DNA from: Gonapodya sp. JEL0774
Taxonomy: Eukaryota
Reading direction: 5' to 3'
Assembly (NCBI GenBank): GCA_027604505.1
Contig: JADIIX010000151.1
Coordinates: 1-49,762, forward strand
DNA: 49,762 nucleotides
Below, piece after piece: positions 46,769-49,762 of this stretch. How positions within the stretch are numbered: position 1 is the stretch's first letter; each line of letters begins with the position of its first letter. Both the position numbers and the translations under genes were made by a program. The notes below the pieces were generated by a model. That model made no database searches. It worked only from the letters and a program-made list of their open reading frames with translations, and was not told where the DNA came from.

Positions 46769-48122
46769 TCATTTTTCCAATGCCCTCTTGCCATTCTCGT
46801 TCAACCCAAAACCTTCCCTCCCTCGCGCCGACACCATCTTCGGTGTACTCTGTATCTCTTCCCCGCCCCTCAACCCAGTTGTCCCCCTCGCCGGCCGTAC
46901 CCGATCCCCCCTTTGGATCCTCTCAGGCCCAGGTGTTGCCGTTTCCACCGCGAAGTTCGCTCCGTGTGCCGTCGTGGATCGTTGGGGTGTGCCAGGCACG
47001 GCGTCAAAGTGCGACGGCGAGCCCACCGGTGTCGGGTTCCGCGAGAGGTACGGTGTGGACACGTGGTTGTGGTTGGGTACCGCGGTATGCCGTGGGTGCG
47101 GCGTGGAAGCTGAGGCGTAGGATGTCGTAGCTGGCGGTCGGTGGTGCGCCGTGGCCGATCCGTGACCCGTCGTGGCCCGCCCCGGAGTCCCATCGCCCGC
47201 CACGGACCTGTTCTGCGCGTGATCAGCCCCCGCAGCCGCAGCCGCGTAGCTGGTCGTCCCGTGCGGAGGAGGAGCCGCTTGACGCAGCGTGGCCGCGTTG
47301 CCCCCAATCCCCTCCCCATCCACCCACCCTGTCTGCCCACCACGTCTCGACTTGGGAAACGCCCGGGTTTGCGTACCCGTGTCACGGAACCCGCCCGACT
47401 ATGTCGACCCGAGGAAACGAAGAAGGTGATGGAGAGACGTGAGCCCCGTGTGCGCATGCGTGTGCGTGTGTGTCGCGCCAAATGACAGAGAAAGACTCAC
47501 GGTGATGGTATACTCCACCACGTCCGGTGAATGGTGCGGCGATTTGGCGAGGTAGGCGCGTCTGGGGGGGTGGGAAACACAGACGGACGGTGGGTTCAAC
47601 AACACAGCAAAAACCAAATCACAGCGACACAAACCAAAATGGGGGGAGTCACCGTGTGTGGTGCACGCCACAGGGGGACCGCCGCCGCCGCCCTGTCGGT
47701 ACCGACCACCGCCCCAACCAAATCCCGTTCCACAACTCACACCCTCCTCAACCCCCTCAACCCCCCTGTCCCCCCTCCCCCACTTCCCCCCGTCCCACCA
47801 ACCCACCTCCCCCCAGCGCCCCCCCTCCCCACCACGACCCGACTCTCCACCGCTGCGTTCCAGGGCTCGCCAAGGGCGGGGACCAAGGTGCGAGTGTCTG
47901 CGGCTGAAAATGAGGAGGAGGAGGAGGAGGAGGCGGGGTGGCGGGATGAGGAGGGGCGGGAGGTGAGGTGGTTGGTGACGAGGACCTGGGGGTGGGGTGG
48001 GAGGCGGAGCAGAGTAAGGGGTTGGTCCACAGTGACTGCTGGACCGATCCACCATCCACAACTCCGCCGACCACCACTCCCCACCACGCAATCCCGCTAT
48101 CCCGCTTTCCCTCTATCCAAAT

Positions 48123-48156
<34 letters not shown>

Positions 48157-49457
48157 ACACCCCCCCCCCACCCCCCCCCGCCCACGGAGGAGGAGGGCGG
48201 GCGGGCCCGCCCACTGCGCCGAGGAGTTTGGCGCGTTGTCCGATATCCATGGGCGAGTGGCGGAAGTGGAACGCGATCGAGTCCAGGATAAGGAGTTTGA
48301 CCTTTTGGGGCGGTGTTCGGTGGGGTGAGTGCGGTGTCGGCGAAGTGAGAGGGTTAGAGGGCGAAATGAGGGTTCCACCGACGCACCACCCACGTCCGGG
48401 GTCTGCTCGATCACGACGTGCAAGAGGTTGACGACGGCGGCGACTTGGAAGCAGTCGTGGCAGCGGTAGAGGTGAACGCGGGACAGGACGTGTTTGACGT
48501 CGAGTGGGGGGAGGGGGAGGGGCGAGGGGGTAGGTGGGGACGGGACGGAGGGAGGGTTGGTAGGGTTGGTGGGGATAGAGGGAAAAGGCGGGATTGAAGG
48601 AGGGTTGGTGAACACGGTGGGATTAGAGGGATTGGAAGGATTGGACGTCCGTTCTGAGATTTCGAGAAGGTCGAGGTTGACTTGGAGAGTGGTGGCGTTT
48701 GCGATTTGGAGGAGTCTGTGGGGGAAGAAGGAGCCTTCGGTGTCTGGGACGGGGTGCGTGAAGGATCGAGGATCGAGGTCGGAAAAGAGGAAAAGAGAGA
48801 GAAAAAGGGAAAAAACCAGAAACCAAAACCACGGTCGACTCGTCCGACCATCTTATGTACCACCGGCGTGGACCACATGGACCGCTTCTCTCTCTCGACG
48901 GGGCAAGCCGGCACAATCTCGGTGACGCTCATGAGCCCATTTAGACGTCTACTCTCCCGCCCCCCATCCCCCATCCGCACAATCTCGCTCACGAGCGTTG
49001 ACGCGCTCGGCTGCCGGCTCGGCTTTCCGACTCTACGGATGGGGCTCACCTATGTAAACAGCCTGGCCACCGAAGCCACCGAGAACAGGAGGTATTTGGA
49101 CATTGACGCAGAGTTGCATGCTGAGGTGGTGGGGGGGGGGGGGGGAGGTACGGGGTTAGGGCTGTCTGGTTACAAGCTTGACCTCATAGCGATTGATTTG
49201 AGCACACGCGGGTCTAGAGAATCCAAAAAACACGGCCCAGATGAAGGTAGAAACCGCACTATCCGAGATTCGCTGGGCTTTTCGTCCAAGAATTGGAGAC
49301 CGCGACAGAAGACAGACCAGAGCTGGGTTTTGCCCATGTTGGGGTCGCCGCAGATCTCGGTGACGGAGCCAAGTGGAATTCCACGCCCAAACTGGGGATC
49401 AATCAGTCGGTCTAGGGCCACACTCGACGTGGAAATCCACTGGGGGGGGGTCGACAT
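46769..49457 (-). CDS. RAD51C: RAD51 paralog RAD51C with long C-terminal extension (multi-exon; both ends approximate)
   Basis: Motifs G.GIPLGSVTEICGDPNMGKTQLCMQLCVNVQIP..LGG.GGQAVYIDTEGSF, VKLLILDSIAFHFRH, VLVTNH, LVPALGE.W, R.A.L.KSP and GFRD. Confidence 0.9.
48124..48183 (+). repeat. Poly-C tract
   Basis: About 60 nt of nearly pure C; may be an assembly or sequencing artefact. Confidence 0.8.
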
Positions 49458-49762
49458 GGGCTCATTGGGGGGATTAAGTGGGGGAGCCGTGTGTGGTGGC
49501 CAACCACCACAAAATGTACCTATCAGACGATATCCGCTTTCCAAGCCGGAAAATGGGCAGATGTAATTTTATTACTATTGTATCTAGCCTGATGGGACTA
49601 GAGCAGATATAGGGCACTACAGCATCTCCACTTCGGTAAACACCGTCTGCCGCGAGGAACACATATACGTGGGCCTGGTGGACCCAGTGTATTCTCCGAC
49701 TGTACACATGTGCAACATAAGTAAGATCGCTCTCCCGACTCTAGTGGAGCAACATACAAGTC

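Noticed and set aside
48124..48183. Poly-C tract as a functional element or poly-Pro/Gly coding region
   Set aside because: It interrupts a conserved RAD51C segment and looks like a homopolymer assembly artefact; it cannot be judged without reads.

Overview
Gene-dense, intron-rich eukaryotic DNA from a zoosporic (flagellated) fungus. A Zn(II)2Cys6/Fungal_trans transcription factor marks it as fungal; ciliary genes (LRRC9, CFAP77, an EFCAB5/IQCK-type docking-domain protein) and a RAD51C mark it as an early-diverging chytrid-like lineage (inference). I reconstructed about 20 spliced genes by eye: LRRC9, an Sds3-like protein, folylpolyglutamate synthase, an egghead-like GT2 mannosyltransferase, TIM9, DTD1, an ankyrin-coiled-coil gene with a decayed SH3, a Myb-like-motif protein, the Zn-cluster TF, RPN12, a plant/cyanobacterial-type ureidoglycolate lyase, CFAP77, alanine-glyoxylate aminotransferase, ORM, GID8, NFX1/FAP1, RAD51C and several hypotheticals. 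A Ty1/copia remnant sits at the left edge. No rRNA, tRNA or CRISPR was seen, and I found no clear-cut novel multi-gene system. The best leads are: a CpG-depletion footprint running from the copia remnant through an apparently intact LRRC9; the non-DAL3-type ureidoglycolate lyase 4.4 kb from an AGT ending in the human-type PTS1 KKL; the egghead homolog; the decayed ANK-SH3 locus; a structured 325-nt TIM9 intron; microexons; and frequent AAG splice acceptors. Exon boundaries are manual and family calls rest on remembered motifs, not database searches.
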